DNA of 64,000 bases from Pseudomonadales bacterium (GCA_020632235.1 JACKFY010000002.1:11550-75549); one strand, 5' to 3'; positions 1 through 9,573 are shown, counted from the stretch's first letter. The notes: generated by a model not told the origin, from the sequence alone. A program made the numbers and translations.

Positions 1-1515
1 TCTTTAAAGGGTGGCTGCGTCTAAGCCTACCTCCTAGGTGTCTTTGGATACGAACTTCCTTTACCACTAAATGTACACTTTGAGACCTTATCTGTAGGTC
101 TGGTTTGTTTTCCTTTTGCTCCTGGAACTTAGCTCCCAGGTGCTGAGTGCCGTGAAACAACAAAAAGTATTCGGAGTTTGACTAGATGCTCGAGATTGCT
201 CCCGAGACACCCGATCAGTGCTCTACCCCTTCTTGTCTTAACACGACCCTATACCTAAATATATTTCAGGGAGAACCAGCTATCTCCGGGTTCGATTGGC
301 ATATTACCCCTTACCACAACTCATCCGAGCCCCTTGCAGCGGACACCGGTGCGGACCTCCCTCTGACTTTCGTCAGAGCTCATCCTGGTCATGGTAAGCT
401 CACCCGGTTTCGGGTCATTCAATAACTACTCTCTCACCACAAGTGGTGAGAGACGCCCTATTCAGGCTCGCTTTCACTACGGCTTCCCCGCGAAACGGGT
501 TAACCTAAAGCAGTTATCAAATACTCGCAGGCTCATTCTTCAATAGGCACGAGATTACCCCTCACCTTGTTTTCTGGTTTATCCAGACGACAAGGTGAGG
601 GGCTCTCTCTGATTGTTAGCAGATAATTTCAGATTCTATTTCACGGGGTCTTCCACCCTTCTTTTCACCTTTCCCTCACGGTACTCGTTCACTATCGGTC
701 TTGTTTGGTATTTAGCCTTGGAGTGTGGTCACCCCAGCTTCGGAAGGGAGTTTGCCGTCTCCCAACTTACTCAGGAACACTGTATGGCATGTCTTATTTT
801 CGTATACACGACTGTCACGTTCTTTGGTTGCGTATTCCACCGCATTCTACTAAGAAGACATATCCACTATTCAGGTCCTACAACACCCCTCACTCTTTCC
901 TTCCAATTCTTTTCAAGAGTTCTGTCCATCCTTTTGCTCGTTTTTTCAACGCTTTTTCTCTGCGTTGAGCATATTTTCGTGCCTCGTATGCTTCATAGTA
1001 CACCAGGCACCAGTCATTCGTTCGACTGGTCCATTTACTACATCCAGAGTTGTGTTCTGTGTAGCGTCGTCGTAAGTCTGAGGTTTGTCCCACATAATAA
1101 CGATCAATGGCTGGGCTGTACAACACATACATATAAAACATAAAAACAATATTAAAACAAAAAGATGTCAAAAACCTTACATTGAAAAGAAAAAGTGAGG
1201 GGTTTGGGCTTTTCCCTGTTCGCTCGTCGCTTACTAAGGGAATCTCTTACGATTTCTATTCCTCTGGGTACTTAGATATTTCAGTTCCCCAGGTTACCTT
1301 CCCTCACCTCTTAGCCTCGAATTTCTTCAAGAACAAAAGGTGAGGGATCCCTTGCATCTCTACAAGGGGGGTTACCCCATTCGGACACCGCCGGATCAAA
1401 GCTTGATGACAGCTCCCCGACGACTTTCGCGGTCAATTTGCGTCCTTCTTCGGCCAAACAAGCCAAGGCATCCATTATCTGCGTTACTTCACATAAATAT
1501 TGCGAAATTGAGCTT
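1..1515 (-). rRNA. rrl: 23S ribosomal RNA, 5' ~1.06-kb portion; the gene continues past the window start. Interrupted by a ~290-nt insertion.
   Basis: Reverse complement matches conserved 23S blocks in order. The 5' end GGATGCCTTGGC..GAAGGACG lies near 1500. GGGGAACTGAAATATCTAAGTACCC is at ~1210-1290. GACCGATAGTGAACGAGTACCGTGAGGGAAAGGTGAAAAGAA is at ~630-700. GGAGATAGCTGGTTCTCC and GCAGCCACCCTTTAAAGA are at 1-20. Spacing between the ~250 and ~390 equivalents is ~290 nt longer than in E. coli. Confidence 0.9.
890..1171 (-). CDS. GIY-YIG nuclease superfamily protein (UPF0213/YhbQ-like), encoded inside the 23S rRNA insertion
   Basis: 93-aa ORF with YYVGQTSDLRRRYTEHNSG...KWTS...WCLVYYE...KRAKGW, the GIY-YIG core pattern. 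Same strand as the 23S gene. Occupies almost the whole inserted segment. Confidence 0.65.
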   Translation of the reverse strand: MTSFCFNIVFMFYMYVLYSPAIDRYYVGQTSDLRRRYTEHNSGCSKWTSRTNDWCLVYYEAYEARKYAQRREKALKKRAKGWTELLKRIGRKE

Positions 1516-1695
1516 TTCGATGCTTATTCAAGTATGACTCCCGATACAAGATCGGAAATCACCTTGGCCTTATATTGACATCAATATTAAAAAAACTTAT
1601 GTTTCTTCACTTTTTAAAGAACAAACCTAGCCAATATTAGTGACTAGTGTGTAACAACTGTGTGCCAATTATTACAAACTATGTACCAATCTGTG

Positions 1696-1790
1696 GACCC
1701 TAAGGCCTGCCCGCGCCTATCTGTGCAGATAGATGGGCGGGGGAGTCGAACCCCCTGGTCTTTCACTTCTTTTACATCTAATCTGTTCGT
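1696..1790 (-). other. tRNA 3'-half-like fragment (T-arm GGGGGTTCGACTCCCCC plus a copy of the tRNA-Ala 3' acceptor CCTTAGGGTCCA), with an interposed hairpin
   Basis: T-arm-like element and a duplicate of the last ~14 nt of tRNA-Ala. No matching 5' acceptor, D-arm or anticodon arm. A hairpin GCCC-ATCTATCTG-CA-CAGATAG-GCGCGGGC sits between them. Confidence 0.4.
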
Positions 1791-1807
1791 CATTGCATGC
1801 ACAATTG

Positions 1808-1881
1808 TGGACCCTAAGGGAGTCGAACCCTTGGCCTCCTGATTGCAAAACAGGCGCTCTAGCCACCTGAGCTAAGGGCCC
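1808..1881 (-). tRNA. tRNA-Ala (anticodon UGC)
   Basis: Reverse complement folds as a cloverleaf: GGGCCCT acceptor with a G3:U70 pair, D-arm GCTC/GAGC, anticodon loop TTTGCAA, T-arm AAGGG-TTCGACT-CCCTT, discriminator A. Lies upstream of and on the same strand as the 23S gene. Confidence 0.85.
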
Positions 1882-2128
1882 ACGAGCCTGTTCATCTCTG
1901 CTCCGATATACATCAGAGCGGGGCATGTTGTTTGAGGGATTCCATGCATAGTGCCTGGAATGTCGAAGTGTTTGAAATCTGTCCCGAACAGAACAGCTAT
2001 TATAACGAGTAGAATCAAGATTGCAAGAGTAAAAAAGCTAAAACTCTTTCACTCGCTGCGAAAAGTCAAGACCCAGGCATGGCACACTGAATGATCATAA
2101 TGCAAAAGCTGGTCTTATACGATATGTT

Positions 2129-2467
2129 TTGATTAAAAATAACCAACCAGTTGCATTGGTTTCATTATGGAGGGACGATGGTTTTTGGGGTAACACACAT
2201 CTTAATGATTATGGATTTGGATACTTTCTCGATCCAAAAGAACGGGGTAATGGTTTAATCACCCAATCTGTGCAGCGCCTGATCCAGATTGTAAGCAGTA
2301 ACCTACGTGTCCGCCAGTTTATTGCCTTTTGCGAAGATGACAACTATAAAAGCGCTGCTGTGCTTGCCAGACTTAGTTTTCAGCCTACTGATGAAGTATT
2401 AAGTGCGCCAGATACCGATTGGCAAGAAAGAAAGTATATTCTGCCAGTGAGTAATCTCAAAAAATAG
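2129..2467 (+). CDS. GNAT-family N-acetyltransferase, N-terminally truncated relative to the family (probable gene remnant); TTG start
   Basis: Contains GNAT motif A (YFLDPKERGNGLITQ) and the C-terminal beta5/alpha4 region (FIAFCEDDNYKSAAVLARLSF). No upstream in-frame coding for the first ~60 residues of the fold; stops are present in every frame upstream. Confidence 0.5.
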   Translation: MIKNNQPVALVSLWRDDGFWGNTHLNDYGFGYFLDPKERGNGLITQSVQRLIQIVSSNLRVRQFIAFCEDDNYKSAAVLARLSFQPTDEVLSAPDTDWQERKYILPVSNLKK

Positions 2468-2499
2468 ATCAACAGAAATATAGTACACTAATCCCAACC

Positions 2500-2961
2500 A
2501 TGCTCATTGCCGACCTCTACAACCCCATTGTTTTTACCGTAGAAGACAACGCTACGGTCAAAGAAACTCTCGATACATTCCTCAAGAAACATGTCAATGG
2601 ACTGGTGGTGGTGAGTCATAAAAACCCTAAAAAAGTAGTGGGTGTGGTCAGTTTACAAGACATGGCAGCAGCAGTCCTTCCCCAGCAGTTTCAAGACAAT
2701 AACCGCATAGCAATGGCCATGTATAAAAAGGGGTTTTTCACCAATCAGTGTCAAGAGCTAAAGAGTAAAAAAGTATCGTCCATCATGCGGAAAGACTTTA
2801 CTGATGTGAATCTCAAAGATAACATCATGGCGGTCATGGCAGACTTTCTGGAAAATGATCTCTACATTGTGCCTGTGATCGAAAAAAATAAGCTGATTGG
2901 TATTATTAACCGCGGACAGATCCGTGATGCGCTGGAGTATGGCATGAGAGAGCTGAAGTAA
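2500..2961 (+). CDS. CBS-domain pair protein
   Basis: 153 aa; two CBS-like segments (VVGVVSLQDMAAAV; LIGIINRGQIRDAL). Immediately upstream of the permease gene. Confidence 0.7.
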   Translation: MLIADLYNPIVFTVEDNATVKETLDTFLKKHVNGLVVVSHKNPKKVVGVVSLQDMAAAVLPQQFQDNNRIAMAMYKKGFFTNQCQELKSKKVSSIMRKDFTDVNLKDNIMAVMADFLENDLYIVPVIEKNKLIGIINRGQIRDALEYGMRELK

Positions 2962-2969
2962 CACACTAT

Positions 2970-4298
2970 ATGATTGCCAGCCTGTCCATCCCCGGTATTA
3001 TCGCTATTTTTGTGCTCTTGGTGGTCTACACATTCTTGATCACCGAGAAACTACCCAAAGTGCTGGTCTCCATTCTTGGCGCGGCAACACTCATCGTACT
3101 GCAGGTATTTAACACCCATGACGCCACACCGCAGGAAAATGCCTTTCAATTTGTTGCCCACAATCTCGATATTTTGGGGTTTGTTATCGGCATGATGGTA
3201 CTGGTGGGCATCGTGCGCGAGTCTGGCTTTTTTGAGTCAGCAGCTATTTACTTGGTCAAACTAGTCAAAGGCCGTCCTGTAGCGCTCCTTATTGCTATTG
3301 GCTACTTGACGCTCGTTATGACAACATTTTTATCAAACATCCCGACCGTGCTGATCTTAACGCCGGTGGTGCTGGTCTTGGTCAAGCAGCTGAAACTTCC
3401 TGTCCTCCCCTACCTCTTTACGCTGGTGGTGATGGCCAATATTGGTGGTGCTATGACGCCTATTTCTGATCCTACTACCTACTACCAGGCAAAAACGGTT
3501 GGTCTTTCTTTTATGGAAGTGATGAGCAATTCTGGCTTGATCGTGCTTATTCTCTCGGTAGTCTCAATCGCCTACATCCTGCTTGTCTTTCGAAAACAGC
3601 TGGCCCAGGCCGCCAAGCAAGACACCGATGTCAGCACCTTTGACCCTAAATCGGCACTAGAAGATCACTACATTCTCAAAGTGGGCATTCCTATTATTAT
3701 CTTGAGTGTGCTCTTGATGGTGCTCAAAGATGCTATTGCCAGCACCTTTGGCATACAGTTGGATAACGCCACTATTACCGTTACATCTGCATTTTTATGC
3801 ATTCTTATCTTTCACAAAGACCCTCGGTCGGTGCTGAGAAATCTGATTGACTGGGAAATTATTTTCTTTTTTATTGGATTATTTATTGTTGTAGGCGCGC
3901 TCGAGTTCACGCATGTCATTGAGATGCTTGCAGATAGCCTGGTGAGTATTACAGGAGGCAATCTCACTCAGCTGGCGCTGTTACTTTCTGTTGGCTCTGG
4001 ATTACTCTCAACATTTATTGACAACGTCCCCTACAACATCACCATGGTCAGCGCCATTCAGGCCATGGAGGCATCAAGCATCTGGGTGTATCCTCTCTGG
4101 TGGGCGCTTAATTTGGGCACCTCAATTGGTGGCTTTGGCTCGCCCATTGCGGCTGCGTGTAACGTGATTATCTTTGGCCAGGCAGAAGAAGAAAAAATCC
4201 ATGTGCTATTTGCCAAGTACTTGGCGCTTGCCCTTCCGCTCGTCATCATTCACAGCTTGATTAGCTTTATGGTGATTTGGGCGCGGTACTTGCAGTAG
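2970..4298 (+). CDS. ArsB/NhaD-superfamily permease (anion/Na+-H+ antiporter-like transporter)
   Basis: 442 aa, ~11 TM segments, with duplicated motifs (FLSNIPTVLILTPVV...GGAMTPISDPTT and STFIDNVPYNITMV...GTSIGGFGSPIAAACNVI) typical of this superfamily. Confidence 0.7.
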   Translation: MIASLSIPGIIAIFVLLVVYTFLITEKLPKVLVSILGAATLIVLQVFNTHDATPQENAFQFVAHNLDILGFVIGMMVLVGIVRESGFFESAAIYLVKLVKGRPVALLIAIGYLTLVMTTFLSNIPTVLILTPVVLVLVKQLKLPVLPYLFTLVVMANIGGAMTPISDPTTYYQAKTVGLSFMEVMSNSGLIVLILSVVSIAYILLVFRKQLAQAAKQDTDVSTFDPKSALEDHYILKVGIPIIILSVLLMVLKDAIASTFGIQLDNATITVTSAFLCILIFHKDPRSVLRNLIDWEIIFFFIGLFIVVGALEFTHVIEMLADSLVSITGGNLTQLALLLSVGSGLLSTFIDNVPYNITMVSAIQAMEASSIWVYPLWWALNLGTSIGGFGSPIAAACNVIIFGQAEEEKIHVLFAKYLALALPLVIIHSLISFMVIWARYLQ

Positions 4299-4307
4299 GT
4301 GTCTCTA

Positions 4308-5417
4308 CTACTTATCTAGCTCAAGATCATACTCTTCACCTTTTGCCAAACTAACTATCTTCACCTCAGCTCCTTGATAAGCTGCAAGCATAGTTTGTTT
4401 AAATTCATCTGACGACAACGCGTTTTTAACCATTTCTACTTCTTCATCACCATCGCACACAAATAGAAGCTTGCTTAGGTTAGCAAAATTCTGTCCATGT
4501 GGGTGAATGTGATTGTTCATTGCGTACCATACTTCTCCCAGTGCTCCCATCAAGCCACCAATAGTGAGAGCGCACGCAGAAAAGTCATTATCAATCGCAC
4601 CAACACCAACCTTGATTGGGTCTATATATCCATCGTGCAACACAATCGCTCTCTTTCCCACAGAAATAACTGCACATGCAGGATCTTGGTAATCCATATT
4701 TTCTGAATGATCACTTTGCAAAGTCTGATTATGCAATACTGTTTCTACATTTTCAGCATGATATATGGCGCCATCTGTGTGATCAAAATAGCCAGTGTGT
4801 ATTGCTATTCCTTCATCAAAAGTCCATGTTTGTGCAACTGTATGCACGTGTTGCAGGTTTTTTCTCCAATTACCAGAAAAATTACGCATCGCTGCAACAT
4901 ACACTAATGCTGGTGGTATGCCGATGCTATTGGCGATAGTGGCAACTTCCTCTTTCAGTTGAAAATTAGTCATTAAGTCATAAGTAATGCTGTTTTGATC
5001 ACGCAGCTTTTGTCCTAAGTCAAGCAGCGCTTGTGAGTGCTGTTTAAATACACCCCGCAGGCCACAGGTTGCTGCATCAGTGTGGTCCAAACGCTCTGCG
5101 CTATTGCCGTGTTGTGTCAAGAGAATTTCGAGTGTGGCTCTGGTGTTCAGGATTCTAATCTGCCTCATGATAGCTTGCATTGTCTGCTCTGTTGGGGCAC
5201 CACCACCTATTTGTGGCACGTACAGTAATAGTTTTCCATCTTTCTCTAGTTTTCCAGAAACACCTACTCTGCCATCATCACACCCCACCACGATCACAAT
5301 GCGTGTAGCTCTGGCAACTATCTTATCTTCATAAAATTTCACTCGATCTCTCAAAGATACATTTTCTAGCTCGGTTGAGTTCTGTTCTTCTTTATTGTTC
5401 TTTGCAGACATGCGCAC
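4308..5417 (-). CDS. hypothetical protein (369 aa)
   Basis: Long ORF with balanced composition and no family motif I can name. Confidence 0.55.
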   Translation of the reverse strand: MRMSAKNNKEEQNSTELENVSLRDRVKFYEDKIVARATRIVIVVGCDDGRVGVSGKLEKDGKLLLYVPQIGGGAPTEQTMQAIMRQIRILNTRATLEILLTQHGNSAERLDHTDAATCGLRGVFKQHSQALLDLGQKLRDQNSITYDLMTNFQLKEEVATIANSIGIPPALVYVAAMRNFSGNWRKNLQHVHTVAQTWTFDEGIAIHTGYFDHTDGAIYHAENVETVLHNQTLQSDHSENMDYQDPACAVISVGKRAIVLHDGYIDPIKVGVGAIDNDFSACALTIGGLMGALGEVWYAMNNHIHPHGQNFANLSKLLFVCDGDEEVEMVKNALSSDEFKQTMLAAYQGAEVKIVSLAKGEEYDLELDK

Positions 5418-5504
5418 ATCTTTCTTTTGTTATTTGAAAACATCGTTTTATACACCCAACACTCTGCATCCGCAATAATTATTTTCTATACTTGACTTTC
5501 CCGT

Positions 5505-6625
5505 CTTCAGAAACGAAACGCACCACTTTGGTAAAATCAGCAGATGAAAAGTGGACATAAAAAAGGAACACACTTGTCTCTAGAGGAGCGGGTGGAAATA
5601 TACAAATTAAAGGAACAAGGCTTCTCAATTCGTAGGATTGGAAGAAAAATAGGTCGCAACCATAGTGTGGTCAGTCGAGAACTGTCTCGAAACTCCAAGC
5701 CATTCAGCAATGAGGGATACAAACCAGTTAAAGCACACACACTATCCAAACAGAGGACAAAGATGCAGCGCCAACAGGCGCCACTCAAAAATCCAGCAGT
5801 ATTTTTGTATGTAAGAGAGAAACTAAGGATAAAGTGGACGCCAGAACAAATAGCGGGAAGATTACCCATTGATCATCCAGGTGAAAGTATCAGCTATGAA
5901 ACCATCTACCAATACATCTATGGTTTGGGAAGAAGAGATACGCTGTGGCACTACTTGGTTCGAGGTCACAAGAAACGAAAACCAAAGAAAACAGGTGCTG
6001 AGACTAAAAAAGCATCTAAAATAAAAGGAGTGGAGTCAATAGAACATCGCCCCACAAAGGCAAACAACCGCAAGCAAGCCGGGCACCGGGAAACAGATCT
6101 GATGGAATCTCCAAGAGGCATAGGTGCGAGCGTTTCAGCTCATATCGAGAGAAAAACAAGATTTATCAAACTTGAAAAGCTTGAGAATAAGAAAGCTGCA
6201 ACCAAGCAAAAAAGTATGCAAAAAACATTAAAAAAGATACAATCTGTGAGTAAGTCAAGAGATCCCATAATTAAGTCAATGACCTATGATAATGGCTCTG
6301 AGAATACGCAGCATCAAGAACTAGCTAAAAACATGCACAAAGGGTTATGTGTGTTATCCCTACCATTCTTGGGAAAAAAGGATCTGTTGAAAACATGATT
6401 GGAAGAGTGAGGAGATTTATTCCTAAAGGGACAGACCTCACCACCGTTAGTGAAGTGTATCTCCAGCAAGTTGAGAATTGGATTAACAACGCTCCGCTTA
6501 AATGTCTGAACCATCTAACACCAAATGAGGCAATGGCGAGAGAAGTTAACAAGTACAAGTTTAATCACTACAGAAAGGTCTTAGACCAAAGTGGTGCATT
6601 TCCAAATTGAATTCGGGTTTCAGAG
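5505..6625 (+). mobile_element. IS30-family insertion sequence (~1.1 kb) with imperfect terminal inverted repeats
   Basis: Left end CTTCAGAAACGAAACGCACCACTTTGG (5505-5531). Right end CCAAAGTGGTGCATTTCC...GGGTTTCAGAG (6586-6625). The reverse complement shares the 12-nt GCACCACTTTGG core and a CTYCWGAAAC outer segment. Encloses the IS30 transposase reading frames. Confidence 0.65.
5544..6610 (+). pseudogene. IS30-family transposase, frameshifted (ORFs 5544-6398 and 6347-6610)
   Basis: N-terminal HTH (LSLEERVEIYKLKEQGFSIRRIGRKIGRNHSVVSRELSRN). DDE region: GHRETDLM, TYDNGSEN, NMIGRVRRFIPKGTDL. The PY.SW-like segment (YVCYPYHSWEK) reads in a third frame around 6340-6380 next to an A6 run. At least one frameshift, probably two. 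Confidence 0.75.
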
Positions 6626-6677
6626 AAAGAAAGGAGAAAATATCCTGTAGTTATTAGCTACAAACGGATGTTTTTAT

Positions 6678-6884
6678 ATGCAAAGAACAAAACATGATAG
6701 AGAGCAGGCATTCCGAGAAGCAGTAGATCGTTTGAATGAAGGAGAGCTCGTGCTTCCAGCTAATCTTGTCTGGTATCTGATGGAAAATGACCTGAGTGAA
6801 GAAAGAAGGCAAGAACTGCGAGAACGTTTTGGCCACACCCACGACGCATCTGAAGCAGAGGAAGAGAAAAAAGTAAAGATTTAA
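6678..6884 (+). CDS. hypothetical small protein (68 aa)
   Basis: ORF only; charged composition. Confidence 0.3.
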   Translation: MQRTKHDREQAFREAVDRLNEGELVLPANLVWYLMENDLSEERRQELRERFGHTHDASEAEEEKKVKI

Positions 6885-6919
6885 GCGAATTTTTACAAAT
6901 TGAAAAAGCAATTTAAACA

Positions 6920-7162
6920 TTGAGAGAACGTACTTCGTACAGTATTCATCGATCTGCATATGGGGGTAATTACATAATAGTAAATAGATCATTTACTATT
7001 AGAGCTGAGTATGAAAGATTGTTTGTACAACATTCGTACTCTAATTATTTTGAAAAAGCAGATGTAATTAATGAGAAACTTAGAGAAATATTTGGGGATA
7101 TTAATTTTTCCTTTGTCCCCTATGAGCCTGGTTCGATTGCTCTTGGAGAAGAGCTAAGTTGA
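6920..7162 (+). CDS. hypothetical small protein (80 aa)
   Basis: ORF only. Confidence 0.3.
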   Translation: MRERTSYSIHRSAYGGNYIIVNRSFTIRAEYERLFVQHSYSNYFEKADVINEKLREIFGDINFSFVPYEPGSIALGEELS

Positions 7163-7278
7163 GAACAAGTATTAGCACGCACTTAATGACGAAACCCTTT
7201 TGCCCCGCCCTACTGGGTGTTCCCGCCTGAAACAGCTATGCTGAAAGTATTGCGGGTATTGTAGAGCGACAAAGAAGC

Positions 7279-7884
7279 CTAGCCAACAAACCCCGCCTTT
7301 TTCAAAACAACCTTGTTTTTCTTTTTTACCTCATCTGGTAGTTTGCCCTCTTCCTCAATGGTAATATCGAGTGTTTTTTTGCCCACCAGCGAGGCGTAAA
7401 ATGCTATTTGTGTGCCTACAAAATCTTTCACAAACGCCGGTTTTTCCAGGTGTGCCCACTCGCAACTGATTACGAAGCGCCCCAGGTGAAAAGTCTGCTC
7501 ACCACCACCCAGCGTGAGAGAGACGCCGTTACCAATATGCACCCCTTTGGGTCGCACCATGTGGCCTTTGATGTTATGTTTTAACTTTCGCGGATCATTA
7601 AACCCCAAAAACCCGGCATACGGCACTTCTGTTTTGTCTGAAAGCGCCTCAAGTTGCTGTTGAAATGTGGCGTCTACTTGATCCCATTCGTCAAGCTTAA
7701 ACGCTTTTTTTATCCAGTCATCCTGGCCACTACTCGCCAGTGAGATATCATCTCCATATAAAGACTTAAGGTGCTTCAAAACTACCTCGCCCCCCTCCAG
7801 CTCTACACCAGCGCCCAGCACGCCAAATCGGGTGCCTTCGTTAATCTGTACTCCTTCGTCGCCGCATGTAATCACAAATGACAT
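7279..7884 (-). CDS. hypothetical protein (201 aa)
   Basis: ORF with an N-terminal MSFVITCGDEG segment that could be an Ntn-type nucleophile, but no confident family assignment. Confidence 0.5.
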   Translation of the reverse strand: MSFVITCGDEGVQINEGTRFGVLGAGVELEGGEVVLKHLKSLYGDDISLASSGQDDWIKKAFKLDEWDQVDATFQQQLEALSDKTEVPYAGFLGFNDPRKLKHNIKGHMVRPKGVHIGNGVSLTLGGGEQTFHLGRFVISCEWAHLEKPAFVKDFVGTQIAFYASLVGKKTLDITIEEEGKLPDEVKKKNKVVLKKAGFVG

Positions 7885-7955
7885 AGTCTCCGTTTCGCCT
7901 AATTCAATAGTTATAAGTGCTTGCAGTATAGCACAAAAAAGAGCTTTCTGTAAGG

Positions 7956-8159
7956 CTAATCGTCGCCCTCACCCTCTTCATCATACTCATCGCCATCGGT
8001 CATCGACTGGATTGTCTGAAGATACTCTTGCATATCTGCCTCGACAGCTTCCCAGTCACCATCCGAGGCACGAATAGCATTAAACAATAGGTCCATATCT
8101 ATTAAAAGCTGGTCATCGGTCACAATCATTCTTTGTTTTGCCATACGTCTCCTTTTCAC
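7956..8159 (-). CDS. small acidic hypothetical protein (67 aa)
   Basis: ORF with a D/E-rich C-terminus, upstream of rpsA on the same strand. Confidence 0.35.
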   Translation of the reverse strand: MKRRRMAKQRMIVTDDQLLIDMDLLFNAIRASDGDWEAVEADMQEYLQTIQSMTDGDEYDEEGEGDD

Positions 8160-8205
8160 TAGCTCCTACTGTCTATCGTTACTCTTTATTCTAGACTCTC
8201 ATTTT

Positions 8206-9492
8206 TTATCTATACTCTATCGATGACAGCTGGGCACCAACAGGACTCAAGCTCATTCGGCGCTGGTTGGCATCAACATTCTCTACATGAACAGTGATCT
8301 CCTCACCGCGCTCGAATGTCTGAGTTGGGTCTATCTTGCTGGAGTGAATCAAGCCATCTACGCCTGGCTCAACGTTCACAAACACACCAAAATTCTCTAC
8401 CCGAGACACCGTACCAGTGAGTGTAGTGCCCGACTGATACCGCTCATCAATAGAAACCCAGGGGTCATCGCTCAGCTGTTTGATCGAGAGATTCAGTTTG
8501 CCTGTTTTCTCATCAACACCCAGCACACGCACTTCTATCTTGTCGCCTACGCTGTGGTATTCTTTGGGGTGCAGCACTTTTTCCCAAGAAATTTCAGAAA
8601 TATGGACTAACCCCTCCACGTGACCAACCGTATCGCTGCCTTCCACAGGTACCTCTACCGTCACAAACAGCCCAAAATGCATCACTCCAGAAACGACTCC
8701 AGGGTAAATCTTGTTTTCTTCAACTGCTTCAAGCGCCTCTTCTTTCTGTGCGATTTCTTCAGCCTCAGACACATGGCGTTCAGAAAAAATAAGGCGGTTT
8801 TTCTCTCTATCAACCTCGATAGCGCGCACCTTGACCGTCTGTCCTACCAACGTACTGTACGAGCCAACCAGTTCTTTGCCAAATTGGCTAGAAGGCACAA
8901 AGCCTCGCGCGCCGTTAATAACTACGATCAAACCACCTTTGTTGGTATCGATTGCCTCGGCATCCAAAATTGTCTCTTCTTCTAAAGCCTGGGTAAAGTA
9001 TCCCCACTTAGCATCAAGCGCCGCTTTTTTAAGTGAAAGCAGTACCCGCCCCTGGCTAATCTCGTCAGAGAGAACGGTAGCGTCAATCGTTTGGCCTACT
9101 TCTAGCTGGCTCACGTACTCTTGCGCCAACTCAAACTCTTTATCTGCCACCACACCTTCTGTTTTTGCCCCAATATCCAGCACGAGCGAGCGCTTGTTGA
9201 TCTGGGCAATAACGCCCTTTACAACGTCGCCCTGCTTGGGGATAACCAGACTGTCTTCATGCTTGGCAAACAGCTCATCCATGGTAGTGATACCACTTGT
9301 TTTTTTTGCTGGTTTTTCTGTATTTTTAGAAGTAGATGCAGACGAATCACTCTTTGAGGATTTTGAAGTCTCTTTCTTTGCTGCAGTTTTTTTAGTTGGT
9401 TTTTCTTTAGCTGACGCTTCTTTAGCGGGAGTCTTCGGTTTTACCGCCTCCTTTTTTTCAGCTGTTTTTTCTGATACCTTTTTGGTTGCCAT
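8206..9492 (-). CDS. rpsA: 30S ribosomal protein S1 with a Lys-rich N-terminal extension
   Basis: 428 aa. Four S1-type OB-fold repeats (GDVVKGVI..., G..VKV..IEVD..K.R...S, GVVSGVMHFGLFV, GTVSRVENFGVFV). N-terminal ~70 aa Lys/Ala/Thr-rich tail. Confidence 0.85.
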   Translation of the reverse strand: MATKKVSEKTAEKKEAVKPKTPAKEASAKEKPTKKTAAKKETSKSSKSDSSASTSKNTEKPAKKTSGITTMDELFAKHEDSLVIPKQGDVVKGVIAQINKRSLVLDIGAKTEGVVADKEFELAQEYVSQLEVGQTIDATVLSDEISQGRVLLSLKKAALDAKWGYFTQALEEETILDAEAIDTNKGGLIVVINGARGFVPSSQFGKELVGSYSTLVGQTVKVRAIEVDREKNRLIFSERHVSEAEEIAQKEEALEAVEENKIYPGVVSGVMHFGLFVTVEVPVEGSDTVGHVEGLVHISEISWEKVLHPKEYHSVGDKIEVRVLGVDEKTGKLNLSIKQLSDDPWVSIDERYQSGTTLTGTVSRVENFGVFVNVEPGVDGLIHSSKIDPTQTFERGEEITVHVENVDANQRRMSLSPVGAQLSSIEYR

Positions 9493-9557
9493 ACACTAGA
9501 TGCTCCTTTCTTTTCGATACTGGCAAGTATACCATAGAGTTGTGTCTTGGAAAGACC

Positions 9558-9562
9558 AGGAG
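9558..9562 (+). promoter_or_regulatory. ribosome-binding site (AGGAG) for pgk
   Basis: AGGAG ends 11 nt upstream of ATG 9574. Confidence 0.5.
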
Positions 9563-9573
9563 AAAACATACCT

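Noticed and set aside
613-1143. ORFs of 176, 87 and 79 aa (613-1143 +, 705-968 +, 186-425 +) inside the 23S region
   Set aside because: They lie within, or antisense to, conserved 23S rRNA sequence, and their composition is not protein-like.
1881-2128. Expected 16S rRNA gene or tRNA-Ile upstream of tRNA-Ala/23S
   Set aside because: No 16S-like conserved blocks are present; the rRNA operon appears unlinked from 16S here.
8711-9499. 262-aa ORF antisense to rpsA
   Set aside because: Ser/Ala-rich low-complexity translation of the reverse strand of a well-supported conserved gene.
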